Shown here: in pieces, positions 17,455-26,902 of the stretch
Numbering within the stretch: the stretch's first letter is position 1
Layout: each line of letters opens with the position of its first letter
NCBI GenBank assembly: GCA_964442475.1
Contig: CAYTZJ010000002.1
Span: 1 to 39,465 of the forward strand
Direction of reading: 5' to 3'
DNA length: 39,465 nt
DNA from: an uncultured Candidatus Saccharibacteria bacterium
Lineage (GTDB): Bacteria > Patescibacteriota > Minisyncoccia > Phycocordibacterales > DATGWK01
Notes under the pieces: generated by a model
What the model was told of the DNA's origin: nothing
Database searches by the model: none
The model's input: only the letters and a program-made list of their open reading frames with translations
Program-made: the position numbers and the translations under genes

Positions 17455-18683
17455 ATTTTAAGTCCCCACAATTTCGAATCTGTTTTGTTTGTGAAAATAA
17501 TATACTTTTCCTCCGGGTCTAGATTGAGGTTGATGGCATCAAGGGAATTTTTTTGCTGAACGGTGTCAACAAGAAGTTTGTTTGCACCAGTGAGTGTGTC
17601 GATTTGCCAGATACTGTCTTCGAAATTAACTCTACCCTGATACCAATCATCGGGATACCGTGCATTTGTAATTGTTCTAGGTATTGCACAGTAGATATAT
17701 GTATTTTTTGCAGACCACACACATTTTTCTGCTAGGGTTTGTAGGCTTAGTTCGTTTACTTCACCATTTTTAATGTTTAAAACACTGGTTTTGAAACCAC
17801 CGTTGGTGCTTTCTGAGTAAAGAATTTGAGTGCCGGTTTGATTTGAAATGGCAGAAAGACCAGTTGGACCACCCATAATGCGACTGAGGAGGCCGTTGTT
17901 TGTTTTAAGGAAATAAAGCTGACCACTTGCGAGAGCGCTCGGCTTTGTCATGAGTGCGATGGTGTCTTTGTTTATCCAAGAAATAGTGAAATCTTTAATG
18001 ACTGATTCAAAGATTTGTTTTGGGTTTGTTGCGGTCGAAATGAGTATCCGTGAACCGTTTGGATTTGTTGTGATGTATGCCAATGTCCCCTCTTGAGGGT
18101 TTGTGGTAATGCTCTGAATGTTGTCTGGCAAAAAAGATGTTCTGAGTTCTTCGAGCATCTCCCCTTCGAGAGAGCGGGTTGTGATTGGGGTAAATTTTCC
18201 TGTTACTGTTTTGATGGTCTCTTCGTCATTTGCCAAGTATTGAAGCGTGAGTGTTTTGCCATCTTTTTGCCAGATTGCTTCGTATACTTTCGGAACAGTT
18301 GTGTTGGAAATTCTTTTCGAACCGGTAAGAGTGAGTTTACTTTCAAAAACGTTACCGGTTGTTTTGTCTACATAGCGGACAGTTGGTGTGCCGGAAGCGT
18401 TGAATACCACCGCACCTGATTGTGGTTCGCTCGAGATCTGCCAGAGTTTTGGTGGTGTTGTTGGAATGTTGGGTACTGGATTAGATGTATTTCCAGTATT
18501 TCCTGATGGTTGTATGTCGGAGTTATCTCCACTTGTTCCGAACGGAAAAAGGTCACCAATGCTTACACCGTCACTGAATGGGTTTTGCTGCCCAGATTCT
18601 TTTTGGCTGAAAAACCAATATGCACCGTAACCAATAAGTCCGAGTATGATGAGGATTATCGAGATTCTAAGAAAGGTTTTCAT
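17451..18683 (-). CDS. Membrane-anchored extracytoplasmic beta-rich (propeller-like) protein; last gene of the T4SS-like operon
   Basis: N-terminal TM (ISIILIILGLIGYGAYWFF), a G/N/P/T-rich linker, then about 330 aa of repetitive beta-strand-like sequence. Lies 3 nt after the pilin gene. Confidence 0.6.
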   Translation of the reverse strand: MKTFLRISIILIILGLIGYGAYWFFSQKESGQQNPFSDGVSIGDLFPFGTSGDNSDIQPSGNTGNTSNPVPNIPTTPPKLWQISSEPQSGAVVFNASGTPTVRYVDKTTGNVFESKLTLTGSKRISNTTVPKVYEAIWQKDGKTLTLQYLANDEETIKTVTGKFTPITTRSLEGEMLEELRTSFLPDNIQSITTNPQEGTLAYITTNPNGSRILISTATNPKQIFESVIKDFTISWINKDTIALMTKPSALASGQLYFLKTNNGLLSRIMGGPTGLSAISNQTGTQILYSESTNGGFKTSVLNIKNGEVNELSLQTLAEKCVWSAKNTYIYCAIPRTITNARYPDDWYQGRVNFEDSIWQIDTLTGANKLLVDTVQQKNSLDAINLNLDPEEKYIIFTNKTDSKLWGLKI

Positions 18684-18686
18684 TGT

Positions 18687-19391
18687 TTATTGAGTTGGAC
18701 CCTGGATTAAATTCGTAGGATTTCTTTCGCACTGAATTTGCACTTGGTTGTGGTCAGGGCTACATTCTCCAGGATTGAGTGGTCTTACTATTGCTGGTGG
18801 AGTTTTTGGAGGAAAATCGTTGCACTGTCTTAGGGCTATCCGTGAAGAGTTTTCGTTGTTTGCATCAAAAGAAAATGAAGCTTTTGATGTTTTGTAATCC
18901 GGAGCACTTCTTGTGGTGGAAACGCATTTAAATGTTTTTTGCCAAGTTTCAAAAATAGGGGTGTTGGGAGTAGTTGTGCTTGTTTCTTGCGGGGCTTGTA
19001 TTGGTGTTGGGTTAAGACTGAATGTAAGAATGCGAGGATTTACGGTGTTGAGAATTAACCAGGCTCCAATGGCTAAAATGAGGCCATAGATTGCTTGGGT
19101 GATTCTTTCTTTGCCATCCTCTTTGCCACTGATTACATCAGTCGACATGTACTCTACTCCGCCAATCGTAATCTGAATGACAGCCAGAACCGCCGCTAAA
19201 CCGAGGGTTAATTTAAAAATAGCTACTAAGTATTCGGGTAAGTTTGATGCTGCTGCTTCTGTAACACCTGGTAATGGCGCTAGTGGTGTGTAGTCGATGG
19301 CTGATACGACTTCCGCACCCACTATTCCCAAAATGAGTAACACTAGTGTGTTGAGGAAACCGAAACCAATTTTTTGCCAGTTTATTTTCAT
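18687..19391 (-). CDS. VirB2/TrbC-like T4SS pilin with a roughly 110 aa Cys-containing C-terminal extension
   Basis: Signal/TM, YTPLAPLPG, two hydrophobic helices (LAAVLAVIQITIGGVEYM and AIYGLILAIGAWLILNTVNP), then a tail carrying 4 Cys. Confidence 0.65.
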   Translation of the reverse strand: MKINWQKIGFGFLNTLVLLILGIVGAEVVSAIDYTPLAPLPGVTEAAASNLPEYLVAIFKLTLGLAAVLAVIQITIGGVEYMSTDVISGKEDGKERITQAIYGLILAIGAWLILNTVNPRILTFSLNPTPIQAPQETSTTTPNTPIFETWQKTFKCVSTTRSAPDYKTSKASFSFDANNENSSRIALRQCNDFPPKTPPAIVRPLNPGECSPDHNQVQIQCERNPTNLIQGPTQ

Positions 19392-19396
19392 ATTAT

Positions 19397-20407
19397 TTAA
19401 AATACTGATTGTGTCTGAGGTGGGGCGTCTGTGCCGTAGGTTGCGTACATTTTACCATCCGTATTTTGCAAAAATCTTTCTAGATTTTTAATCTGTAGTG
19501 ATATGAGTGATCGACCACCTTCCCCACCTTCTGGGGTTCTGACAATGATTGTGTTCTGTACCTGATTTATTTTTGAGTCATTAAGAGCCCAGTCGTATGT
19601 AAGAAGGTTTGATTTCTTTTGTGAATTTGAAAAAAAGAATGGTACTCCGATGATCCGGGCCTCAGAATTCGTAATTACAAAATCCTTATTATTAAGTGCT
19701 TGGCTTGATCGAATACCATACAGTGGGTGATTTTCGTAAAACACTACCTCGGGGGCTGAGTTGGGAATTAAAATTGATGCCTGAGAGCCGTATAGGTTGT
19801 CGGTTGATGTGATTTCAACAGATACATTTATTGGTTTGATAAGGATAGAGGGAGTAATGATAAATGTTTTTTTCCCGTAACCGGATGCGTTTGCTTTTAC
19901 GTTATCATCGAGTTTCCATTTATAAACAAGATTATCGGGATTTAATCGAGTTCCCTCTTTATTTATGATAAATGGTTCAGCGTAGATGGTGATGGGATCT
20001 TGAGCTGTATGGAGAGCTTTGCCTTTGTAAAATGGTGGCGTGTATGTATCAGCTTGCCAGATAAGATCGGTTACACTTGGCCGAAGAATGAGGCTTTTTA
20101 CAACCCCACCCATATTGATATCGACTTTGGTTGCTGTTCCAAGGTCGCCGGTTTTAATCGAAATGTTTTTTATACCAATACCAGAGCTCACAGCTTTTCC
20201 ATCGACCGACCAGGTCATTTCTGTTTTGTTTAGATCACGAGAAAAGTCTTCTACGTTGATTATTACCGTTTCAAAGGGTTTAGGATGTACTGGAGTAATA
20301 TTTACCCTCAACGCTTCAGATTGAGCGTGTGTGTTCTGTGCCGTGAAAACAAAGAAAAACACAAAGACACATAGTACTGTAGATCGTAATTTAACAAACA
20401 AATACAT
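19397..20407 (-). CDS. Secreted hypothetical protein, Ig-like beta-sandwich appearance
   Basis: Signal peptide ending TAQNTHAQS. No TM afterwards; beta-rich repeats. Lies in the operon. Confidence 0.6.
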   Translation of the reverse strand: MYLFVKLRSTVLCVFVFFFVFTAQNTHAQSEALRVNITPVHPKPFETVIINVEDFSRDLNKTEMTWSVDGKAVSSGIGIKNISIKTGDLGTATKVDINMGGVVKSLILRPSVTDLIWQADTYTPPFYKGKALHTAQDPITIYAEPFIINKEGTRLNPDNLVYKWKLDDNVKANASGYGKKTFIITPSILIKPINVSVEITSTDNLYGSQASILIPNSAPEVVFYENHPLYGIRSSQALNNKDFVITNSEARIIGVPFFFSNSQKKSNLLTYDWALNDSKINQVQNTIIVRTPEGGEGGRSLISLQIKNLERFLQNTDGKMYATYGTDAPPQTQSVF

Positions 20408-20424
20408 AAAAATATTTTAGCACG

Positions 20425-20835
20425 TTAGAGGGTCTTTCTGTTCACGTTAGCAACAGTTGGATTGATTTTGTTTGTAGTTTCAGGTGTTTTGGCCGCAACC
20501 TTTATTGCACCCTTCATGTCACCACCCAAGGCTCCTTGAACTATCGGTGGTAGCTTTGATTGGAAATACATCACGATGATTGTTGCGGTCCATGCTGGCA
20601 GTATTTGTAAAAAAGGAATGATTTCAATGATAGAACCAATGGCAAGGGTGGTCGCCCTGTTTTTGTTAAATTTGATGCCATTAATTTTGAACCAAAACCA
20701 AAAACCCAAGGTGGCCACAATGTTGATTATTGTTCCCAAAATTGGAATCCATGTTATGCAGTCAATTAGAATTGCTGTGCCCAACATGAGGAAAAATGTA
20801 GTTTTGTCTAAATGTTTTTCTGAGGATGGATTCAT
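20425..20835 (-). CDS. Small integral membrane protein (about 3 TM)
   Basis: The hydrophobic segments are FFLMLGTAILIDCITWIPILGTIINIVATLGFWFWF and LAIGSIIEIIPFLQILPAWTATIIVMYF. The start overlaps the VirB4 stop. Confidence 0.6.
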   Translation of the reverse strand: MNPSSEKHLDKTTFFLMLGTAILIDCITWIPILGTIINIVATLGFWFWFKINGIKFNKNRATTLAIGSIIEIIPFLQILPAWTATIIVMYFQSKLPPIVQGALGGDMKGAIKVAAKTPETTNKINPTVANVNRKTL

Positions 20836-22655
20836 TATTCTTCACTCTCTGCTAAATCTTTTTTGGCTTGTTCGATAGCAAGCACCTGTGATGGGTCGGA
20901 AGTAATAATCTGGTCTTCGGTGTATGAGGCAATGATTTTGATGGCAACATGTTTCAAACCAGCAAAAAAGATGCCCTCTCCTACCCCTGATTCGAGAAGC
21001 AAATACTTTTCCTCTTCAGTAAGGTTAAACGTTTGTTGAAGTCGATCAATCGATGTTGGAGATTGTTTTAAGAGTAGTTGAATAGAAGAGTTGGTAATGA
21101 TTGGCAAACCATATGGAGATTTCATAAAGTCGTCGACGTCTTGGGTGATCGTTGCAAGGCCGAGATAATATTTTCGACCGCGTTTTGCAAGTGAAAGCAA
21201 AAACGAAGCTGTGTCTTCTGATTTCATCATCCACCACGCTTCGTCGATAACAAGAAGTCGGCGTTTTAATTCTTTTCGAATGGCATTCCAAATGTAATGA
21301 GTAACAATGTACATTGCAATTGGTTTGAGCTCATCCTCCATGTCTCGAAGCGAAAACACGATCAATTTTTTATTGATATCAATATTGGTTGGACGATTGA
21401 TGAAGCCCGCCCAAGTACCCTTGGTGTATTTGGTTAGTCGTTGCGCTAGTGATTCCCCACCATCCATACCAGAGAGCACGAGTTCAAAATCCGACATAAG
21501 TGGAGGTTCAATATTTCGAAAATCAGAATCGGCAGTAATGTCTTTTAGCGCGTATGTTTCTGTGATTGCTGCGTCTATGATTGCATCCTCTTCGGGGGTA
21601 AGGCCGCCCATCATGAGACGGAAGAGTCCAATAAGATTAATGATGTTTGAACGCAACACGGATGCTCCGGACTCGTCTTGACCAGGAACAGGAAGGTCAA
21701 ATGGATTGATGTGGTGTTCTGAGTTAAGCGAAATTTTAAAGTATCGTCCTCCGACGGCTTCTGCCAAGTACTCATATTCCCTTTCAGGATCGATAACCAA
21801 TACTTCTGTATCAAACATTAACGTACGAAGAATTTCGAGCTTAGTTGCGTATGATTTACCCGCACCAGACTTTGCAAATGTAATTGAGTTGTAGTTTTCC
21901 AAAGAAAATCTGTCAAAAAGAATAAGGCTTGAATTGTGTCGGTTGATGCCAAACAAAATTCCTTTGTCTGATGTTAAGTCGAAAGAAATGAATGGGAAAA
22001 GGCTTGAGAGTGGAGACGAGTTGAGACGTGAGTGTACCTCGAGTAGGTCAGTTGCGATCGGAATAACACTCTTGAACCCTTGTTCTTGTTGAAATAGTGC
22101 CGGCTTAACATACACAAGCTTTGCTTCGAGAATAGATTTAATTTCTGACTCAGTATTGTCGAGCTCCTGCTCGCTTTCAGCGTAAATAGTGATGTATAGC
22201 CCAACCTCAAAGATTTTTTCTTGTGCTTGTTGAAGACTGTCTCGAAGATTTTCAAGGTCTTGATACGCGGTATCGAGCATTGGATCTCGAACCATACCCT
22301 TGTTTTCTCTTTCATGAATCTGGGCTTGAACTTCAGCAACCTTTTTCTGAAATTGTCTAAGTGCAGCAACGGTGTCAATTGGATGAACAAAAATCGACAC
22401 ATCGAACACCTTGTCGAGATTAATAACTGGCGCAAACCAACTTTCATTGAGAAATCGTGGATATGAAATAACAAAAAATGTTCGGACGAATTTGTCTCCC
22501 AGATTTAATTCTCGTGGCCCAACCTTGAGTGCACTTGGTGCAATGATATCTTTGAGCTCGAGCGACTCAGCTTGGGCCATTTGTTGTGGCAAAAAAGGTA
22601 CTGCTTGTGCAAGTTTTTGTTCTTCTTTCTTTTTAAATAATCCAAATAAGGCCAT
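20835..22655 (-). CDS. virB4: VirB4/TrbE-family T4SS ATPase
   Basis: Walker A FAKSGAGKSYATK and Walker B RRLLVIDEAWWMM. The N-terminal region (IAPSALKVGPRELNLGDKFVRTFFVISYP) resembles monoderm VirB4 proteins. Confidence 0.85.
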   Translation of the reverse strand: MALFGLFKKKEEQKLAQAVPFLPQQMAQAESLELKDIIAPSALKVGPRELNLGDKFVRTFFVISYPRFLNESWFAPVINLDKVFDVSIFVHPIDTVAALRQFQKKVAEVQAQIHERENKGMVRDPMLDTAYQDLENLRDSLQQAQEKIFEVGLYITIYAESEQELDNTESEIKSILEAKLVYVKPALFQQEQGFKSVIPIATDLLEVHSRLNSSPLSSLFPFISFDLTSDKGILFGINRHNSSLILFDRFSLENYNSITFAKSGAGKSYATKLEILRTLMFDTEVLVIDPEREYEYLAEAVGGRYFKISLNSEHHINPFDLPVPGQDESGASVLRSNIINLIGLFRLMMGGLTPEEDAIIDAAITETYALKDITADSDFRNIEPPLMSDFELVLSGMDGGESLAQRLTKYTKGTWAGFINRPTNIDINKKLIVFSLRDMEDELKPIAMYIVTHYIWNAIRKELKRRLLVIDEAWWMMKSEDTASFLLSLAKRGRKYYLGLATITQDVDDFMKSPYGLPIITNSSIQLLLKQSPTSIDRLQQTFNLTEEEKYLLLESGVGEGIFFAGLKHVAIKIIASYTEDQIITSDPSQVLAIEQAKKDLAESEE

Positions 22656-22696
22656 ATATTTGTCTCAAATCTTAAAAACGAATTTCAAATCTATAA

Positions 22697-23362
22697 TCAT
22701 GTTTTTGATTCGGCGAGCTGGATCGGTTTTTCGGCATCTCCGGGATTAAAAATTTTGTAGAAAAGTTCGATCACTTCTTCTGTTCCAAGCTCTACAACTC
22801 GAACTCCACATCGCACCAACCCCTGTTCTACTACTGCGATTCTTTGTTCAAGCTGGGTTCGGTGTTCTTCGAATGAATCTTCTTCGGTGTGACCACCCTT
22901 CCCTTTTTTGGTTGGTAGAAGTCCCTTAATCATGTCGAGTTTGGAATCGCCCTTTTTGGTCTGAAGAGGTCCAGGAGTATATGGAATGACGATAAAAAAA
23001 TGTTTCGTCATAATGTTGGTGTTTTTGGTAAAACTTTTGATGAATTCAAGAGAGTCTTGTGTCTGAATTTGCATCAGGTCGTTTGATTGTTTTTTTTCTT
23101 GTTGCTCCATTAGGGCAATATACGGACGAATGTCGAGTTTGCGAGACTGTAAAAAGATTTGAATCGAGAAATCGAGTGAATTTAAAAAATCTTGGAATTG
23201 ATAGATGATAGCTTGACGTTCATCCTCTGATTTAAGAGAAAAATTAATTGAAGATGTGAGCACAAGTGCTCGAAGTGAACCGTCCTTGAGAACGATAATA
23301 CCGTCTCTCACTTCTTTGATGGGTACATATTCTTGTGTTGCTCGTGCGTTTACTGATGCCAT
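22697..23362 (-). CDS. Stand-alone protein resembling a VirB4 N-terminal domain (no P-loop)
   Basis: The N-terminal part, VPIKEVRDGIIVLKDGSLRALVLTSSINFSLKSEDERQAIIYQFQDFLNSL, has the same pattern as VirB4 N-domains. So does the C-terminal VRVVELGTEEVIELFYKIFNP. The gene sits between the VirB3-like and VirB4 genes. Confidence 0.45.
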   Translation of the reverse strand: MASVNARATQEYVPIKEVRDGIIVLKDGSLRALVLTSSINFSLKSEDERQAIIYQFQDFLNSLDFSIQIFLQSRKLDIRPYIALMEQQEKKQSNDLMQIQTQDSLEFIKSFTKNTNIMTKHFFIVIPYTPGPLQTKKGDSKLDMIKGLLPTKKGKGGHTEEDSFEEHRTQLEQRIAVVEQGLVRCGVRVVELGTEEVIELFYKIFNPGDAEKPIQLAESKT

Positions 23363-23376
23363 GGTGTGATTATAAC

Positions 23377-23796
23377 TTACTTCAACTCATCATCTGATGT
23401 TGGGTTGTTACTTTGTTTTACATCAAGATTCCACATGAGGTCATGAAGTTTGCTTTCGGAAAGTTTTGGAACGAGTGATGGGTCGATTGGTTTTTTGTCT
23501 TGAGCTTTTGAGGTTTTTTCTTCATGTTTCCAGAGATATAGTTTGTTTGTAATGCTGTATTTAAGGTAGGCTTCAACAACTCTGATGAAGGGTTGGTTAT
23601 TTACTTTGTAAAAAGCCAGCAGACCACCAAGTGCCGCTACCGGAAGTGCAAAAAATATTGCTAAAAACTTCGGTAGAAATGAAAAAAGTATAACAATCAA
23701 ACCAACAGAACCACCGAGATAAATAAATTGCTTGAACGTAAGGGGTCCAATGATTTTGTCTTCTACGTCAGTGAATTGTGGTACTTGGAATCGCAT
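23377..23796 (-). CDS. PrgI-family / VirB3-like membrane protein
   Basis: MRFQVPQFTDVEDKIIGPLTFKQFIYLGGSVGLIVILF followed by a second TM is the hallmark PrgI N-terminus. Confidence 0.75.
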   Translation of the reverse strand: MRFQVPQFTDVEDKIIGPLTFKQFIYLGGSVGLIVILFSFLPKFLAIFFALPVAALGGLLAFYKVNNQPFIRVVEAYLKYSITNKLYLWKHEEKTSKAQDKKPIDPSLVPKLSESKLHDLMWNLDVKQSNNPTSDDELK

Positions 23797-23797
23797 T

Positions 23798-24724
23798 TTA
23801 TTCTATTGGTTCGCGGTATGGATCAATTCCATCACGTGGTCTGCTTGGTTGTGATGTGTTCGTTGAAGATCTGAATATTCTACTAAGTTTTTGATCAACG
23901 ATACTTCCTCCGATATGCGTCGAGGTTTTATTTGTCTGATGTGGCATAACATTCTGACTATGAAGATGAACACCATCAACTCTTTCCGTTTCTTTGTGGT
24001 CCATGAGCATGTGGTCAGGGTTTGTTTCTGGCCCCTTTTTTACCACACCTGCTTTTGAAGGATTGGGAATGAAGGGATTAACTGGTTCAGGCCGAATTGG
24101 TTCTGGTTTAGATTCTGTTGGTGTGAAGACTTCTGCTGTAAGTGGCGGAGTTGTTTCGATTTTCCCCTCTTGGACTTGTCTCAGCTCATTCATTACTGCG
24201 CCAAAAATTTGAGCATTAGCGTCAAAGGCAATTTTGAGTGCTTGGTCATATGTAACGTCGAGTTTTTGGACTATGTTTAAGCGAAAATCTCTGAGTTGAG
24301 TTTTGCCGGAAATTACATTTTCTATTTCTTTCTCAAATCCCAGTCTTTGGTTTTCTGAAAGGTTGTATTTTTGTACTAATTCTGTCACAAGGGGTTTGAT
24401 GTTATTTAGATAGGTTGATTCTTTTGTTGCGCCTCGAATTTTTACTAACACAGAGTTTTGAACTTCATCGTTAATTGTTTTTGCTTTCTGAGAGTCAAAA
24501 CGAAAGATAATTGAAAGATTATTTGTAAATGAAGAGACTGGCTGAAGCCCGAGCGCCGATTGGGAAACAAGATCAACGAAATCTGACGTTTCTTGATCGT
24601 TAAGGTTGTATTTTTTTGCGATTCCCCAAACCAATTCTGAGGTTTCAGGTGCCATAAATACCTCTCTTGCTGGTTCTGGCAGTTTTTTGTACGCAGCTAA
24701 TATCTGTTCTTTTGAGTATTTCAT
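23798..24724 (-). CDS. Cytoplasmic hypothetical protein with two helical repeats and a Pro-rich disordered tail
   Basis: No signal peptide or TM. Repeats begin KKYNLNDQE... and QKYNLSENQ... The ATG at 24724 (MKYSKEQ) is preferred over the overlapping track start at 24769. Confidence 0.6.
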   Translation of the reverse strand: MKYSKEQILAAYKKLPEPAREVFMAPETSELVWGIAKKYNLNDQETSDFVDLVSQSALGLQPVSSFTNNLSIIFRFDSQKAKTINDEVQNSVLVKIRGATKESTYLNNIKPLVTELVQKYNLSENQRLGFEKEIENVISGKTQLRDFRLNIVQKLDVTYDQALKIAFDANAQIFGAVMNELRQVQEGKIETTPPLTAEVFTPTESKPEPIRPEPVNPFIPNPSKAGVVKKGPETNPDHMLMDHKETERVDGVHLHSQNVMPHQTNKTSTHIGGSIVDQKLSRIFRSSTNTSQPSRPRDGIDPYREPIE

Positions 24725-24728
24725 TGCT

Positions 24729-26900
24729 TTAGAATAAACCCTTGCCCATACCGCTGGTGATGTAATCAAAGAGTGGGCCTCCTCTTGGGCTCGTTCGTCT
24801 TATTTCCGCACCAATTGTCTGTAGTGTGGTTGAGTCTTGTTCATCAGGCATCTTTGAAAGCATTGCGGGTGTCAGCTGTGAAATTACATGAGGATTTGTA
24901 AGAATTGCCGAATCAAGTTTTGCAACATTTTGCAGCTTCATTCTCTTGAGTTCGATGGAAATATCTTGTCGTACGGCGGCTATTTGGGCAGGGGTTGCAG
25001 TAGCAGGAAGTGCGGTTGCACGATCCACAGCGTCTTTAAGTGCTCTGCTTCGTTCATCTCGGACCATTTTTTTCTGAGCAGCTGTGATTCTTGCGCTTTT
25101 AAGGAAACCTTCAACTTGGCTGTCACTCATGTGACCAATAAACCTTTGACCCTCAGGTGTTGTGCTGTTAAGCATTGTTGAGTCAATGAGTTCCATTTCT
25201 TTGTCAGAAATTGCACGGACAGCTTGTCGGGCTGTGGGATCATTGTTTGCAATAAGATTCTTAACGTTCTTAAATCGTTCCTCACGAACCTTTGATCGCT
25301 CCTGTTCATTAAACTTCTCACTTTTTTCAAGAATATGTTCAACCTGACTAGGGCTAAGTCTTTCAATATGAGGTGCAATACCCTTGTAACCAAGACTGTC
25401 AATTTCTTTTGTTGTCATGCGGTTGAGAATGCGTTGCGCATCGTCTTTCTGAGTAGGGGTTGCTGTTGCTAGAGTTGCGATCTTAAGTTTTGCTTTGTCA
25501 CTTCGTTCCTCTGCCTTGTTTGCAATGTCTGTTTTAAGCTCCTTAAGCTCCTTGTCCTGATCCTTGAATGATTTGTCTCCACCGAACTTAGATTTAGTAA
25601 GCGCACCGGTTGTAAGTCCCCGAACAAAGCGAGAAGTCCTTCCGTCCAATCCCTTGTTTTCGAGATACTTGTCTGCTTTTGATCCGTATCTTCCGATTGT
25701 ATTCCGGCCGAAGTATCCCTGCGCTTCTTTTCTTTTACTATCAAGTGTTTTGAGTGCTGCTCCAGCGCCGTACGCACCGAACTTTTCTGCAACTATGAGT
25801 GCACCGATGATCATGGCGATTACGATGGCGTAACTTAGAAATGTTTCGCCAGCAATTTGTGATGGACCGCCCGCATTGCCGAGAAATGCTTGTATCAAAT
25901 CAGGTTTTGCTCCTGCTGGATATATAACACCATTGATTTTTCCGAGTACCTTTAATGTCGCCCACATTGTTAACATAAATGCAGGAGCAAAAATACAATT
26001 TTTGATCAAAGGCTCCTTCCACTTGTCTGAATATTTGTCGTTCGGCAATGCCATTGCACCAAAGGCTAGTGGTGAAAGTACGAACAAGAAAATGAGCGTC
26101 ACCAGTCGCGCTAAGAACATTAAACCTGCAGCAAGAAACACAAATGCAGTTATTAAGAAAAATATTGACCCCACTACTCCTCTTACGATGATGTTTCCAA
26201 AATCATCTTGGGCTCCACCAATGATTATGTTGGTGAGTGCGTCTTTATCCCATGTTGTTTGCAGACCCATATGACACATAAAGGCCTGGCTTAAGCCACC
26301 AGCCGGCGCACCGCCTGGACCACAGGGGCTGTTGATGATTTGGTTGTAAAAACTAACACTTAGTATGTTTGATGCGTCAACGGCAACTTTTGTAAAAAAG
26401 AAACTGAAATTAAGCAAAAGTGCAACCACTACCACTCGCACAAGAGTTTTTCGCATGTTTACTCCCGTGCCAAGAATTGTGCTGATTGCAATGTAAAGAA
26501 TAATGAAGATAAACGACATGTTTGCAATATCGCGGAATGTTGACCATGCAGAATTTACCCCTTCCGAACCTATAATTGCACCCATTTTCACGATTGATAT
26601 GCTAATCACCTTTTCCAAAAATAGTCCGGCGACATACAAAAGCAAACTTGTGATTCTCAGAAATGCTTCTGAGAGTACGTTAACAGCTGCTTTCATAACA
26701 CCCCAACCCAGCTCTGCGGCAGAAGGAATTATGGAAGGGCCTGCTGTTGCAGCTGCTGCAGCTGCTGCAGTAATAAAGTTAATTGGAACTTGGGCGTTTG
26801 CGATGTTGTTGATTGGCGTAAGCACAAGCATAAAAATTACAACAAATAACAATGTTGTTTTTTTAAAAAATGCTTTTATTTTGTGCTTAGAATCAAACAT
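24729..26900 (-). CDS. Polytopic membrane protein, VirB6/TrbL-like, with a roughly 330 aa cytoplasmic repeat-containing tail
   Basis: Signal/TM followed by an Ala tract (AAAAAAATAG), and at least 6 hydrophobic helices across aa 60-390. The hydrophilic tail carries three degenerate repeats (LSPSQVEHIL, MSDSQVEGFL, LTPAMLSKM). Confidence 0.55.
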   Translation of the reverse strand: MFDSKHKIKAFFKKTTLLFVVIFMLVLTPINNIANAQVPINFITAAAAAAATAGPSIIPSAAELGWGVMKAAVNVLSEAFLRITSLLLYVAGLFLEKVISISIVKMGAIIGSEGVNSAWSTFRDIANMSFIFIILYIAISTILGTGVNMRKTLVRVVVVALLLNFSFFFTKVAVDASNILSVSFYNQIINSPCGPGGAPAGGLSQAFMCHMGLQTTWDKDALTNIIIGGAQDDFGNIIVRGVVGSIFFLITAFVFLAAGLMFLARLVTLIFLFVLSPLAFGAMALPNDKYSDKWKEPLIKNCIFAPAFMLTMWATLKVLGKINGVIYPAGAKPDLIQAFLGNAGGPSQIAGETFLSYAIVIAMIIGALIVAEKFGAYGAGAALKTLDSKRKEAQGYFGRNTIGRYGSKADKYLENKGLDGRTSRFVRGLTTGALTKSKFGGDKSFKDQDKELKELKTDIANKAEERSDKAKLKIATLATATPTQKDDAQRILNRMTTKEIDSLGYKGIAPHIERLSPSQVEHILEKSEKFNEQERSKVREERFKNVKNLIANNDPTARQAVRAISDKEMELIDSTMLNSTTPEGQRFIGHMSDSQVEGFLKSARITAAQKKMVRDERSRALKDAVDRATALPATATPAQIAAVRQDISIELKRMKLQNVAKLDSAILTNPHVISQLTPAMLSKMPDEQDSTTLQTIGAEIRRTSPRGGPLFDYITSGMGKGLF

Positions 26901-26902
26901 AT

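Noticed and set aside
21307-21681. 124 aa plus-strand ORF within virB4, and several other short nested ORFs listed in the track
   Set aside because: They are entirely nested in or antisense to a CDS with clear Walker motifs. Their composition is Ser-rich and shadow-like.
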